A stretch of 64,000 bases of DNA, taken from assembly GCF_032444005.1 (NCBI RefSeq), contig NC_091288.1, forward strand, positions 201,872,001 through 201,936,000. Reading direction: 5' to 3'. Position numbers and translations under genes: made by a program. The stretch comes from Ranitomeya imitator. Its lineage: Eukaryota. Positions 38,313-54,548 of the stretch are shown piece by piece (within the stretch, counting starts at the first letter, position 1; every line of letters begins with the position of its first letter). The notes under the pieces were generated by a model. That model saw only the letters and a list, made by a program, of their open reading frames with translations, had not been told where the DNA came from and ran no database searches.

Positions 38313-41040
38313 TCAGTGAGCAAAAACTGATTCCTGGACAGCACGGACTGCTCCTTTATATGGAGGAAGAATGGACCAGAGAGAGAACTGCAGAGATGAC
38401 GCACTTCCGGGACGGGTCTTCCAGAATCTACATTTGCCCCTCCCTTCCTCTGCTGATTGGCTGACCACAGAACTGTTGGGACGTTTGAGTTTCCCGCTCA
38501 TTGGTCATATTCTGCAATTATCTTCCCAGCTTGTATTTTATGCAATTTCTTTCCCTTGTGACTAAAGATATCCCACATATTTTCATCACCGTTCCAGATC
38601 ATCGTGGTTCATACCATCCACAATGTATGATGCCCCCACTTATCCCGCACACAGTATGCTGCCCCCAAAGTTATCCTCCACATAGTATGATGCCCCCTAC
38701 ACAGCAAGATAACCACACAGTAGGATGCCCCCACAGTTACTGTTTAAGGGTATGATATCCCCAGTTACTCCGAAAACAGTATGATGCCCTAAGTTACCCC
38801 CCCCCCCCCCCCCCCCAACACACACACACACACACACACACACAGGAAATATGCTGCACCCACAGTTACACCCTATACAATGTGATACCCCCAGAGCGAC
38901 CCATCCTCAGTGTAATGTAATGATTAACAATTGTTCATGTTATGGTGAAAGTCTTCCATTAATGGAGATTTGGAAGGGTGAAAGAAGCAAGAGAAATTAG
39001 AAGAGATATTTCATCAGATCAACATCTGGTGATGAAATGTTCATTTTTGCCATTACCTCATGTACAAATCACAAACCAGAGAGACACATTTTTATGCAGT
39101 TTTTTATATATCATGTTATGCTTTAGTAATGCAAAATCACATGACTGGGCCTTTAATTGTAAAGTACAAATTATTAGGGGTTTTTTTGCTTCTTTTTCAT
39201 TGTTTGTCTTAATGTGAAAACTGTACTGGCAGCAAAAGGGTTAAAAAACCAGTGTAACAGAAAAATGATCCCTACTACATTGCCCTCTATAGTGCCAGAG
39301 GCATTTACTCTCTTACAACCAGGACTTACTTCTTAGGCGTTAGGGCAGTGAACCCATTAAATGCTGCAGGTCAGTTACTGAGTAGCTGTATGATGGCTCC
39401 TGGGTCCCAGTAGGGCACTGTATGAAATACCAGGTCGGATCCACTGCCAATTACAGCACAAAGCCATTTTTGGCAGTGAAATCTGAGTAAGAAAAGTCCC
39501 TTCAACATCCACACCAGTAGCAATATGCATCGTGCATCCCCCCATAAAGTGGTTTTGACGTCCTGCAGCAGTGACAGGGGAGTCTAGCGAAGATAATCGC
39601 TGTTTTTCGGCAAGGAACATTCCATGTTATCCAAATCAATTTTCTTTATGACCCCAGTGGCCCATTCTGGTGGGCGCTCCTGCCGGCCCCAACAACGTCC
39701 CCGTCTGCCATTTGCGTTTCTTTTATCGTGTGCTCCAGCCAGTCTCTTCCATGCTGTTCGGAGGGATCAGTGTCCCCATTGCAGTTTGGGCTACACAGCG
39801 AGAAGGATTTCACAAGCCTTTAATGCCACTGGCCGGTCACAGTCACACAGACAAGTCAATAAGGCCGGAAAAAGCCCGACTCTTTCACATGTAACCAGAG
39901 CGTCGGAGATGGAACCTGAGCTTCTGCTAGATGGCAGCCCTATAGTGTAAGGGCACGTTAGGGACGGCCCCATCTCCAATATTTGTGACATATACACATA
40001 TAGGAATCCTTAGCCAAACAGTAAACACCTTTACCAAAGTCACGGTTTGTTTCGAAGTCCGACAGCCGAGCAGGTGCGTTTGGAGGTCTGGCAGCAGGGC
40101 AGCGCATTTCGAGATCCAACAGCTGTGGAGGTGCGTTTCAAGATCCGACAGCCAACGAAGAGTATTTCGATGTCCGACAGCCGGGTAGATGTGCTTCGAG
40201 GTCCAGCAGCCGCGGCGGAGTGATTCGAGGTCCTGTCACGTAGATATATATCCAGTTAGTGCAGTGTACGGGGGAACACAGGTGTTGGTTCTGCCCCGTA
40301 TATATATATTTACAGTGTATACATTGTTTGCGGTGTATAGGGAACACAGCGCTACCGGGGCCTGGGGTGAAGGTGCCGCATCTTTGGATACTCTGATGAG
40401 AGATCAGCTGGAACACGGAAAATAAGAAGTTAAATGGAGGAGACACGTCTGTGTACCTGATGTACGTAGATGTCTCTCCTCCATTTAACGTCCTATTTTC
40501 AAGGCTGAGCTTTCCCAAGGCTGCCCGCTCATTGTCTTATCACATGATCCTTTGGGGGATTTGAGTTTCCCGCTCATAATCTCTGGAGGATTATTACCGG
40601 TCACTGCCGATAGCGGAGATCACAATCCGGTCACACCCGGAACAGCGCGGAGTCCTGTCCTCCAGAGCCGCCGCACACGGGATCGTCCTCCGAGAGAAGG
40701 CGCCGTCACTGATGTGGAGGAGAATCACCCGCCCGGTCCCGATACTCCGGGACCTGCTAACTACATGTAGACCTCAGCGCGGAGTATCAGACACTAATGA
40801 GGGGACATTTCCTGCGAGCTTGGCAGACGACACTCCCACCTGAGGGGTCTGAGACTTCATGTGGGATTGACCCATTCATCTCCTATTATTCTGTGGATAT
40901 GTGCACCAACAATGGCGGCAATGGTGTATGTACCATCAGCCTCATGTGAGGACCCCGAGATAGGCGGCGCCGGCTCTTGTGGTGACGGTGTGGGTGGCTC
41001 TTAGAAGAGCCTTTGGTTTTGTAGACATTGGCGGCAGCGC

Positions 41041-41502
<462 letters not shown>

Positions 41503-43294
41503 TTATATAGTCTGCTGCTCCGCCCTCCTCTCCTGTCATTGGATGACTCTGAAGCTGGCCAATGGGGAAGAGTCTTGAGGAACCGCCAATGAGCTGCCGA
41601 GGGCGGAGCCTATTATTGCTCCTTGCTCAAATTAGTTTCTCACCCAATAGAAAACGTTCGCTTTGGACCGAATAGATAAGGGGTGAAAACAGATATTTGT
41701 CTTGGAGCAGAAGGAAGTGCAGAAATATTCTGTTGATTTGTAGTTTGCACTTGTTGAATTTGTGTCTACTATCAGCCATAAATTGCACTGACAGTCTGGT
41801 GGGTGAGGGGTTAATCCCTGTCAGTGCTTCTCCTCCGCTCCATCTGCACAGGAGGCGGCTCCTCACTCACCCGCTTATTACCCTGTGTAGATTCCCTGTG
41901 GTGTCCGCGCTGATCCTATCACAGCCTAACTGAGACAAGTCTCCTATGTTCTGCCCGGAGCCTGATGTGACGCTGCCGGGTCCCGGGTGGGGGAAGTCGC
42001 CGCTTCTGTATTGTATGATACAATATTGTTCTGCTCCAGGAAGACATCCAGGCCTCTCTTGAACCCCTCGACTGAGTTCGCCATCACCACCTCCTCAGGC
42101 AAGCAATTCCAGATTCTCACCGCCCTAACAGTAAAGAATCCTCTTCTATGTTGGTGGAAAAACCTTCTCTCCTCCAGACGCAAAGAATGCCCCCTTGTGC
42201 CCGTGGCCTTGGTATAAACCTTGGTATAAACAGATCCTCAGCGAGATATTTCTATTGTCCCCTTATATACTTATACATGGTTATTAGATCGCCCCTCAGT
42301 CGTCTTTTTCTAGACTAAATAATCCTAATTTCGCTAATCTATCTGGGTATTGTAGTTCTCAATACCCAGATAGTGGTAATGTTCTGAGCAGGGACACTCC
42401 GCAATCTTCTACACATGATCGTACATTTCCCATCACAGAGGGATCTGCTGGGAAGGGCAGAATTGGTCTTCCCTGAAATGTCTCTTGTAGGATATGTCCC
42501 TGACCAGTATATCGTCTGCACAGTACTGATTGTGACGGGAAAGGGACGATCTGATCGTCTCCAGGTCAGGCACACGGGCACATCACAGCATGTGGAGAAC
42601 ACGAATCAGTCTCTATATCTATGAGTGGAAACAGGAGCGAATACTGCACCGCTAACCTGGAAATCTGCAGACTCCTGTGTGGGATGTAAGAGAGCAATGA
42701 TCGCTCAACACAAGCAGATTTCCCGATATCGGTCCTGGGAGCACGTGTCATATGAAGACAAAGGACGGAAAAAAGCGGGAACTTTAAACTTTTTACCATT
42801 GGAAACATTAGCTCCTCCCTCTGCTGATTGGCTGAACACAGGACGGTTAGGGGGGTTTGAATTTCCCGCCGCTTCTAAATGTAATGACGTCATTTACACT
42901 GTAAAAAGAATTCAATTAGGCTCTAGATCAACTCCACCGACCACCACAAATGGCTCCTGTTAACGGAGAAAGGAGAGTAATGAACGAGACCCCAGAATGC
43001 CGAGATCTGTGCAGCAAGGGGTTAAATAAGTCCCTGAATACACATCAACTCACTGAGCAATGCCCAGATTATTCCTGAGGTTTTCTCACCATCTCCCTCG
43101 TCATCAGACGCAGAGCCCCGGGCGGTGCGAGCAGAAACCTCGGGGAGACGGGAGAGGACACCGGAGCAGTGTGGGTGGCTCTTATAGTGAGGGTGTAGGT
43201 GGCTCTTATAGGGAGGGTGTGGGTGGCTCTTATAGGGAGGGTGTGGGTGGCTCTTAGAAGAGCCTTTGGGGTGAGGAGCGGAGCACGGANNNNN

Positions 43295-43771
<477 letters not shown>

Positions 43772-46665
43772 TCAGACCGCCGTGCTATTGGGTGATGATG
43801 TCATGTGACCAACGGGAACGTCAGACGCTCCGCCCACTGCAGCTGATTGGTGGTTCTCCAACTGATATTTCGCTTTTCAGCACCCTCCATATAGCGCTGT
43901 AAAACACGTATAATGCTGAATACATCTAAATAGTGCTGTGAAGCGCCATATACCGCAGTGCACCCTCATATAGTGCTCTATGTGTTAATGTAGCTCTGTT
44001 TACCCTTCATGTGCTGCAGTATACTCCAATATAGTGCTGCTATTCATCTGTATAGTGCAGAGTGCCCCCATATACTGCAACTTACTGACAAATGACTGTG
44101 CCACTTCCAGAGCTCGGCCGTCATGGCCCTGCAGGAGGCCAGCGAGGCTTATCTGCTGGGGAGTCTGGGGATGTACTAGATTTTCTCGGCACCACCATCC
44201 GCATGTGGGGTGCTGCTGTAATCCCGTTCATTATCCTCATTTTTCCTCTGCACATTCCCACATCCAGCCAAGTGATCGCGGGGTCCAGTATACTCATCAG
44301 CATTGCCAATACTTCGATATGTAGCAAAGAAGGAGTGGTGTAAAAATTTGGGGGGCATTTTGAGGGCAACCCAAACGTTGTGCCCCACCAAAAAATGTCC
44401 CGGTTGACCCAAAACATTCTGAAAAAAATTACCACACACTCTTATAGTGTTCCTCTACACACCCTGAGAATTTGTGGTCGACAGACCCAAACCGGGCTTA
44501 GCAGTGACCTTGCGCAACACAGACTTCAATGGGCAGGGTCACTTTGGGGAGTCTCTGCTCAGCCCAGTTTGTGGCTATCATCAACCCCAAATGTTCAGGG
44601 TGTGTAGCTCTAGTGGACCAGTGCTGTAAAAATTTAGGGGGCATTTTGAGATGACCCAAAACATATGCCCCTCCCCACCCCCAAACTTCTGAACAAATTA
44701 CCCGACACTCTTGAATTGTTCCTCTACACACCCTGAACATTTGGGGTCGATGGGCACAAACTAGGCTGAGCAGTGACCCTGCGCGCGATAGGCTTCCATG
44801 GGCAGGGCAGCTTTGGGGGGTAACTGCTCAGCACAGATTGGGGCTATCGACTTCAAATTTTCATAGTGTGTAGAGGAATAATTCATGAGTGTGGGCTATT
44901 TTTTTTCTGAATACCTTGCTCTATATACTGTACACACTGCTCTAGATATTGTACACTGCTCTATATACTGTACACACTGCTCTATATATTGTATACTGCT
45001 CTATATACTGTACACTGATTTACATACTGTACCCTCTCCTGTATATACTGTACACACTGCTACTGTACACTCTGGTCTATATACTGTGTACTCTGCTGTA
45101 TATACTGTACACACTGCTCTATATACTGTACGCTCTGGTCTATAATACTGTACACTGCTGTATATACTGTTCACACTGCTCTATATACTGTACACTGCTC
45201 TAAATACTGTACACACTGCTCTATATACTGTATATACTGTATATATACTGTATATATTGCTGTATATATACTGTATATATACTGTATATATTGCTGTATA
45301 TACTGTACAATCTGTTGCACAGTCTGTATACACTGCTGTATATACTGCATACTCTGCTCTATATACTGTACACACGGCACTATGCTATACACTGCTCTAT
45401 ATACTGTACACTCTGGTCTATAAACTGGACACTGCTGTATATACTGTACTCTGCTTTATATACTGTACACACTGTTGTATATACTGTAGACTCTCCTCTA
45501 TTATCTGTGACACTTATTACACTGCTGATCTGGGCTGTGCAGATGTGATGTTGTGCACTATATATACTATATACAGCTGTGTTCTCTGTGTAGACGCTGG
45601 ATTTTGTGTCTCCGCTTTTCTCCCAATATTCCCCTTTTGCACAACAGTGGGGGTCACATACATGCATGAATATTTCAGTTTTCTCCCGAGATGTTCATGT
45701 GTTTGGTTGGGGAGTCGCGCTGTGCAGCTGTCGCCTCATCAGAGCTCTTCCCTCCATTACAGGCCGCAGCGGTCACAGCTTCACACTGGGTAAGACACGA
45801 TATCAGGCAGGTGATTGCAATCAGCCCCCGATATGGATCATCTACTGATGTGGAACACGTGTCCCCCCAATACTCTGCACATACGGGGTAGAGTGATATC
45901 ACAGGTCAGGGAGGTGGCAGTCAGCGGAGGCCGTCGCCTGTGTTACCCTTCTGGGTTCTCAGCAGCTCCAGCTGGTCCCCACATCGTACAATCAGCTTCC
46001 TGTGCGATAGACACTGGAGTAAAGATCCCTGTGATGGTGACAAGAGCCGGGAATAGGAGGAACGAGCTCCCGCAGCAGATTTATCTACCCGGACACACAG
46101 TGATGTGCAGATCGGGAGGACGGCGGCGATAATCTCCGCAATTTCTAGGCGTTTCCACTAGTGACGGCTACAAACGGTCGGTGGAGATGATGGAGAAGGA
46201 GAAGCGACGGAGGAATCGCGCTCTGCTGTCCGGTGTTAGCCGGTAAAGGGTTTTTATCCCGGGCAGGGAAGCACAAGGGGAGAGCGGAGCTTCACTACCT
46301 GCCAGCCCTTATGCCGAAGTGATCAGATTCTATTCTGTGTAATCCGCTCATGTAACCAATATTGGCGGAGGCTGCGGGGAGTTATAGATTTCATGTCTTA
46401 TAAAAGCAGCTCAGCGGGTTATCGATTGTGCAGAGGTGTCAGTATGTGCATGTATATATGTGTATGTACATACCCCATACACCCTTGTATCATTTACCAA
46501 ATAGTACCGTAACAATGAACAGCATCAGCGGTTCCAGCTCCATAATGCAAACAGGGGGCAGCACAATAAGATGGGGGCAAACACCAGTATATGTCAGGAC
46601 TCGGGAGACTTAATGTTAGTCAGATAGGAGCTCTGCACTTCCGCAGCCATTTAATCTCATTCAAT

Positions 46666-47267
46666 GAGCCACCACCTCCTCCCCGCAGAGCTGTATGATC
46701 AGTGCCACCACCTTCTCCCAACAGAGCTGTATGATCAGTGCCACCACCTCCTCCTCGCAGAGCTGTATGATCAGTGCCACCACCTCCTCCCCGCAGAGCT
46801 GTATGATCAGAGCAACCACCTTCTCCCCACAGAGCTGTATGATCAGTGCCATCACCCACTCCCCGCAGAGCTGTATGATCAGTGCCACCACCTCCTCGCA
46901 GAGCTGTATGATCAGTGCCACCACCTCCTCCCCACGGAACTGTATGATCAGTGCCACCGCCTCCTCCCCGCAGAGCTGTATGATCAGTGCCACCACCTCC
47001 TCCCCGCAGAGCTGTATGATCAGTGCCACCACCTCCTCCTCCCTGCAGAGCTGTATGATCAGTGCCACCACCTCCTCCTCCCCGCAGAGCTGTATGATCA
47101 GTGCCACCACCTCCTCCTCCCCGCAGAGCTGTATGATCAGTGCCACTACCTCCTCCCCGCAGAGCTGTATGATCAGAGCAACCACTTCCTCCCCAGCAGA
47201 GCTATATGATCAGTGCCACCACCTTCTCCCCACAGAGCTGTATGATCAGTGCCACCACCTTCTCCCC
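46666..47267 (+). repeat. 36-bp HDE minisatellite, about 16-17 units
   Basis: Shorter allele. Confidence 0.97.
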
Positions 47268-49918
47268 TTCATTGTCTGTTCTAGTTATATGGAGATAATG
47301 GTCCTTGTATGCAATGTCCAGTAATGATTCCCGAGAGCAGCAGACGCTCCCTGAGGACCCATCTATGCCCAGCAGAGGACACTCATAGCCAGAGACCGGT
47401 ACCGGGAGTTCCCTCTCCTCACGCTGCAGAACAGCAGAGCGGGCTGGGGACTAGTGACCGGTGTCACCCGCACTCAGAGCAGCCTGCAGCTGAAGGAGGA
47501 ATCCCCCCTAACAAGGAATGTGCCAGTGACACCCTGACAGCGGAGAAAGGACAGGCAGAACACGCAGCAGCCGGGACTCTCCTCGCTGCGAGCTCCGGTA
47601 CACAGAGGGGGGCAGGAAGTTCCGGGCTCAGGAGACGGGGACATCACCTGCCATGGGGTGTAAGGGGATGATCTGTAGCGCTGCATCTAATTATTGGGGG
47701 AAGCTCATTATCACTTACCAGACGCATTCAGGTGACATTAATGAGCCGCAGGCAGCGAGGCCGCCGAGTACTGTCCTCAATGGGGAGCAGCATTATAACA
47801 ATGAGAATAACTTGCCCCCACTGTGATTTTCTTGTTATACGAATTGACGGTTTACTTTATTTTAATAACACTTGTATTGCAAATGACAGAGATCATAAAA
47901 CTTAGATATAACCTGTTTCTTCATATGAAGATTTACATTCACAGAACATTTATTATCTTCCCGTAGAAGATAATGACAACAGCTTAGATGGATAAAACCA
48001 TAAGCAATGGAGAAAGAACACAGAGAAAGAATTCCAAAACCTGTCATTCCTCAGTTGCTGGAGCTGTAGAATGATGGGCTGCACAGATTTTAGAGGATCA
48101 TCTCTTCATTGTAATAGCTGAATCATTGGAATAGTGATATCCAGCAGGAGACATATGTCAGGACTAATAGTAACAATGCAACAATGAGGCAGACTGAGGT
48201 GTGCACTGACTTGCAGAGAAGCAGCAGTAGTCTGAAGAAGCTGACAATTAAGAACAGCTGTGTACAACCATCTCCTATCTGTAAGCCGCTAGGAAATTAA
48301 TTGTTAAACACTTATCTGCTTTTGGAGGCAAAAAAAGACGCTAAATGCTCCTGAGTAACCTCATATCTTGTATTTTACTAACATGTTTTTCTTTTCCCTT
48401 ATTTAGGCTATTCAATTTTAGTTACCATATTACATTTCTCCTGTAACTCTGACCTGCTTGGACTGTTGTCTTTTCCTACACTTTTATCATATTTGATCCT
48501 TTTTCTTACCCTATTAAAATTTATATTTACCGTCCCTCTTTTATTTATGTCTGATATAAAACTGTTTGTGTGTATTGATTATACTTTAAAAAACAAAAAA
48601 AACTACAAATCGCTCTGAGTTCAGTGGCTTTTTATTCCAGCTCTTGCTCCATGGATCGTCCGATACTTTGTGGTCTCGTATTAATTGAAGTTTATGATTC
48701 TCACTTTGTTTCTCCAAAGAAAACATTTATTTATTAAATGACTCCACGGTGATTTGGAAGGTGATTACAGGAGATTGCTGTTGGTGGACTTTATATCACA
48801 TCACAAGAAGCTGCGGAAACTACAACAAGCGGGAAATTCAAAATTCCTACCCGCCCTGTGTGCAGCCAATCTGCAGAGGAAGGGGAGGGGCTAACGTTAA
48901 CCGTTTAGGAACGTGGAGTTCCCGCTGAGTGGCTGATGAATTTTCCGTTTTTTGTCTTTCTGTAGTTTCAGGACGATCAGATGTCCGAAAAGTGTTTGTG
49001 TGGAGCGATCAATGGTCACTTGTGTCCCATACAGGAGTTTATATATTTCCAGGATCAAGGGAGAAGTATCCGCTTTCTATAATAGAAGGTGCAGAACTTT
49101 GCGACTATAGTGACTCCATCAGACCAGCAATATTCAGTGCAGGGAATATACAGAAACGAGGTCATGCAGATTAGAAACAATCTTAAAATTGGGGTGGGGA
49201 GTCTAAAATGCTGATTAATGTTATCTAGGGAAACCTACTATAGAACTGTAAACTCCTGCAGTGAGAAGAATAACAGGAAATATCGCAGAGTAGATGGGCG
49301 CCCTGTATGGTCACATATGAGCATTCTTGCCGCATCCAGTCCCATCACACATCAATATCTTTGCGGATTATTCTAGTATTGGTCCTGATCAGGGCGCACA
49401 GGGAAGAGGGGATGAGATTATTACATTTCCGCATATATGTATTTACTCCCCCACACACTGCAGACTGAGCCGCGAGTGACCCAGAGACCAGATGTTACCG
49501 AGCACAAGTGATCCCTCCGGGCATAATTATATGTGAGGAATGAGCTCGTCTTGAGGGAGGATTTAGTGGCTCTGAAAAGAGCCTTTGTGTTGTGGTCGGT
49601 GCCGGGGCAGATCTAAGCTCTCTCCCCACGGATCCGGCGGGCTTGGGAAAACCAGGTTTGTCTTTCTAGGTCAAAATATTGGAAAAGACTCTGGTCCCAG
49701 ATCACACACTGCGGGCACATCCCAGAATCTGGATAATGCGGCTTCATTCCTTCGACCGGGAACCCAAAGCATTAGTGGCTCAGTAAAGGTTCTAAACGAT
49801 ATATTAACTTTAAAACCACCAGGAACAAGAGCGCAGGAATAGGAAGGTGCAGCCTCTCACTGAGATGTGGGTGGCTCTGAAAAGAGCCTTTGGGTTGTGA
49901 GGACAGAAGAGAACACAA

Positions 49919-50281
<363 letters not shown>

Positions 50282-51506
50282 TTATATAGAGAGTGAGCGG
50301 ACCGGAGCGAGAACTGTACAGATGACGCGTTTCCGGGGCGAGATTTCTGGTACTGAATTTGCAGTTAGCCCCTCCCTTTAGTCTCTGATTGGTTGAGCAC
50401 AGAACAGTTGCTAATTTTGAATTTCCCGCTTATTGTGCTCTTATTTCCCCGCTTCTCTATTCTTCTCATCTCGGCGCCGCTGCTAGATCTGTTGGTTATT
50501 TCGATTTTTTTTCATTGTTATTTATGTTGCTAGTTTCCAGCTTCTGCCAAATGTTAGCTAGTAGAATAAAAAATATATTCTAGGGACAATAATCTACAGA
50601 AAACTCGTGATCCCCGGCAGTCACTCATCATTACACGTGGTGCCGGACTGGCGGCCATTACCGGTCCCTCAGAGCAGGGAGCTGCATGTAACCAGTCACC
50701 CTGCGGCTCCAGCCCTGGAGAAGATGGGAAAAGTCAAATATACGAGAATTGCTTAACGACCCACCCACCACAAATGCGACCATCGCAGCACACGGGGGAG
50801 GGATCTGCTCAGACCAGTGTCAGGCAGAATAGATCACATAAAGGCGTCATCACCGATCTGAGGGACAAATGAGGTTATTAACAGAAACTAAGCGCAGAGA
50901 TCTCCGATCCGAACAAAAGAGAACAACCTAAAGCCGCAAGACTGAGGAGGCGGCACTAGGACCCAGCGCGTGAGACAGCAGATTGTGATCGGTTATGATC
51001 CTCAGGAGCGCGAGCAGCAAATGAGCGGGAATTTCAAATCCACCAGCGGATCGGTAAATGACCACAAAACATCAGCATAAAGAACCGTTCTCAGGAACCG
51101 ACCAATCACCGATTACTTTTACTCCATTAACTCAATAGTGACCGCGTTCCTGCAGATCCACCCCATTTACGTCTGCACTGTATAGGAACCGCACATCCAC
51201 CACCGCAAACCCGGTTGTGCACTGTACACACTTTACGCGGTCCTTATAACACGTCGGTTTTGTTATAGATGTCGGACACTTTTGGACTGGGCGAGAATAG
51301 AGAATGTGCAGAGCGATAACCAATATCGCTGATCACCTGCAATATCGGAAGCAGCAGCCTCCGTCCATTTAACTGATCGACCGTGCCTGCGCTTCGTACA
51401 CTGAGAATACGCGCAGAAAAGGGACTGCTCAGGAATCGGCTCATTTGGGAGAGACTTTGGTGGCTCTGAAAAGAGCCTTTGTGTTGTGGTCGCAGCCGGG
51501 GCAGAT

Positions 51507-52106
<600 letters not shown>

Positions 52107-52324
52107 CTAATCCCGCCCCTGAAGTCCCCGCCTCTTCCGTGATGCGTCTGTCCTCAGATCACTCATTTGCCGCTTGCTGGAGCAGCTGATGTATTTGCGT
52201 TCAAATGTCCCCGTGTATAGCGCTGTACAGTGCAGCTCCCGCAATATCGACAGATCACACAAACCCCCCATCCTGAGACTGCGCCCAGCATCAGTTATAT
52301 TACAAACATTAGAAGTCCGAGAAC

Positions 52325-53866
52325 TAATCATACAGCTCTGCGGGGAGGAGGCGGTGGCACTGATCATACAGCTCTGTGGGGAGGAGGTGGTGGCTCTGAT
52401 CATACAGCTCTGTGGGGAGAAGGTGGTTGCTCTGATCATACAGCTCTGCGGGGAGGAGGTAGTGGCACTGATAATACAGCTCTGCGGGGAGGAGGTAGTG
52501 GCACTGATCATACAGCTCTGTGGGGAGAAGGTGGTTGCTCTGATCATACAGCTCTGCGAGGAGGAGGTGATGGCACTGATCATACAGCTCTGCGGGGAGG
52601 AGGTGGTGGCACTGATCATACAGCTCTGCGGGGAGGAGGTGGTGGCTCTGATCATACAGCTCTGTGGGGAGAGGTGGTGGCACTGATCATACAGCTCTGC
52701 TGGGGAGGAGGTGGTTGCTCTGATCATACAGCTCTGCGGGGAGGAGGTAGTGGCACTGATCATACAGCTCTGCGGGGAGGAGGTAGTGGCTCTGATCATA
52801 CAGCTCTGCGGGGAGAATGTGATGGCTCTGATCATACAGCTCTGCTGGGGAGGAGGTGGTGGCTCTGATCATACAGCTCTGTGGGGAGAAGGTGGTTGCT
52901 CTGATCATACAGCTCTGCGGGGAGGAGGTAGTGGCACTGATAATACAGCTCTGCGGGGAGGAGGTAGTGGCACTGATCATACAGCTCTGTGGGGAGAAGG
53001 TGGTTGCTCTGATCATACAGCTCTGCGAGGAGGAGGTGATGGCACTGATCATACAGCTCTGCGGGGAGGAGGTGGTGGCACTGATCATACAGCTCTGTGG
53101 GGAGAAGGTGGTTGCTCTGATCATACAGCTCTGCGGGGAGGAGGTGGTGGCACTGATCATACAGCTCTGCGAGGAGGAGGTGGTGGCACTGATCATACAG
53201 CTCTGCGGGGAGTGGGTGATGGCACTGATCATACAGCTCTGCGGGGAGGAGGTGGTGGCACTGATCATACAGCTCTGCGGGGAGGAGGTGGTGGCACTGA
53301 TCATACAGCTCTGCGGGGAGGAGGTAGTGGCTCTGATCATACAGCTCTGCGGGGAGAATGTGATGGCTCTGATCATACAGCTCTGCTGGGGAGGAGGTGG
53401 TGGCTCTGATCATACAGCTCTGTGGGGAGAAGGTGGTTGCTCTGATCATACAGCTCTGCGGGGAGGAGGTAGTGGCACTGATAATACAGCTCTGCGGGGA
53501 GGAGGTAGTGGCACTGATCATACAGCTCTGCGGGGAGGAGGTGGTGGCACTGATCATACAGCTCTGTGGGGAGAAGGTGGTTGCTCTGATCATACAGCTC
53601 TGCGGGGAGGAGGTGGTGGCACTGATCATACAGCTCTGCGAGGAGGAGGTGGTGGCACTGATCATACAGCTCTGCGGGGAGTGGGTGATGGCACTGATCA
53701 TACAGCTCTGCGGGGAGGAGGTGGTGGCACTGATCATACAGCTCTGCGGGGAGGTGGTGGCACTGATCATACAGCCCTGTGGGGAGGAGGTAGTGGCACT
53801 GATCATACAGCTCTGCTGGGAGGAGGTGTTGGCACTGATCATACAGCTCTGCGGGGAGGAGGTGGT
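52325..53866 (-). repeat. 36-bp HDE minisatellite 3' of H1, about 43 units
   Basis: Nearly identical to the unit 2 allele. Confidence 0.97.
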
Positions 53867-53891
53867 GGCTCTTATAAGAGCCTTTGTGGTA

Positions 53892-54548
53892 TCAGAACAG
53901 GGGCTGCAGCTTATTTCTTAGCCGCGGGCTTCTTGGCTTTCGCAGCCTTCTTAACCGACTCTTGGCGGGTTTGGCCGCCTTCTTAGCCGGACTCTTCGTC
54001 ACCTTCTTGGGCTTGGGAGCGGCTTTCGGCTTTTTGGGGCTCTTGGCCGCTTTCTTGGCAGCTGCGGGCTTCTTGGCCTTTTTCGGGCTCTTCTTGGCCG
54101 CGGTCGGAGCCTTCTTGGGCTTCTTCGGAGATTTGGCGGCTTTCTTGGCAGCAGCGGGTTTCTTAGGTTTGGCCGCAGCTGCTGGCTTCTTCTTGGCCAC
54201 TTTGTCCTTCGTCTCCTGCTTCTTGTTCAGCTTGAAGGACCCGGAGGCGCCGCTGCCCTTCACCTGGAGGAGGGCGCCCTTGGTGACCAGAGACTTGACG
54301 GCCAGCTTCAGGCGGCTGTTGTTCTTCTCTACATCGTATCCTCCGGCAGACAGAGCCTTCTTCAGGGCGGCCAGAGACACCCCGCTGCGCTCCTTGGAGG
54401 CGGACACGGCTTTCACGATCAGCTCGGAGACGCTGGGGCCGGAGGGTTTATTGCTCTTCTTGGCAGCAGATTTCTTCGGCTGCTTCTTGGATTTGGCGGC
54501 CGGTTCTGCGGGAGGGGGAGCGGCGGCTGGCGCGGTCTCTGCCATCAT
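53892..54548 (-). CDS. H1: Linker histone H1, same frameshifted C-terminus (218 aa)
   Basis: Same lesion at about 53951-53960 as in unit 2. Confidence 0.93.
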   Translation of the reverse strand: MMAETAPAAAPPPAEPAAKSKKQPKKSAAKKSNKPSGPSVSELIVKAVSASKERSGVSLAALKKALSAGGYDVEKNNSRLKLAVKSLVTKGALLQVKGSGASGSFKLNKKQETKDKVAKKKPAAAAKPKKPAAAKKAAKSPKKPKKAPTAAKKSPKKAKKPAAAKKAAKSPKKPKAAPKPKKVTKSPAKKAAKPAKSRLRRLRKPRSPRLRNKLQPLF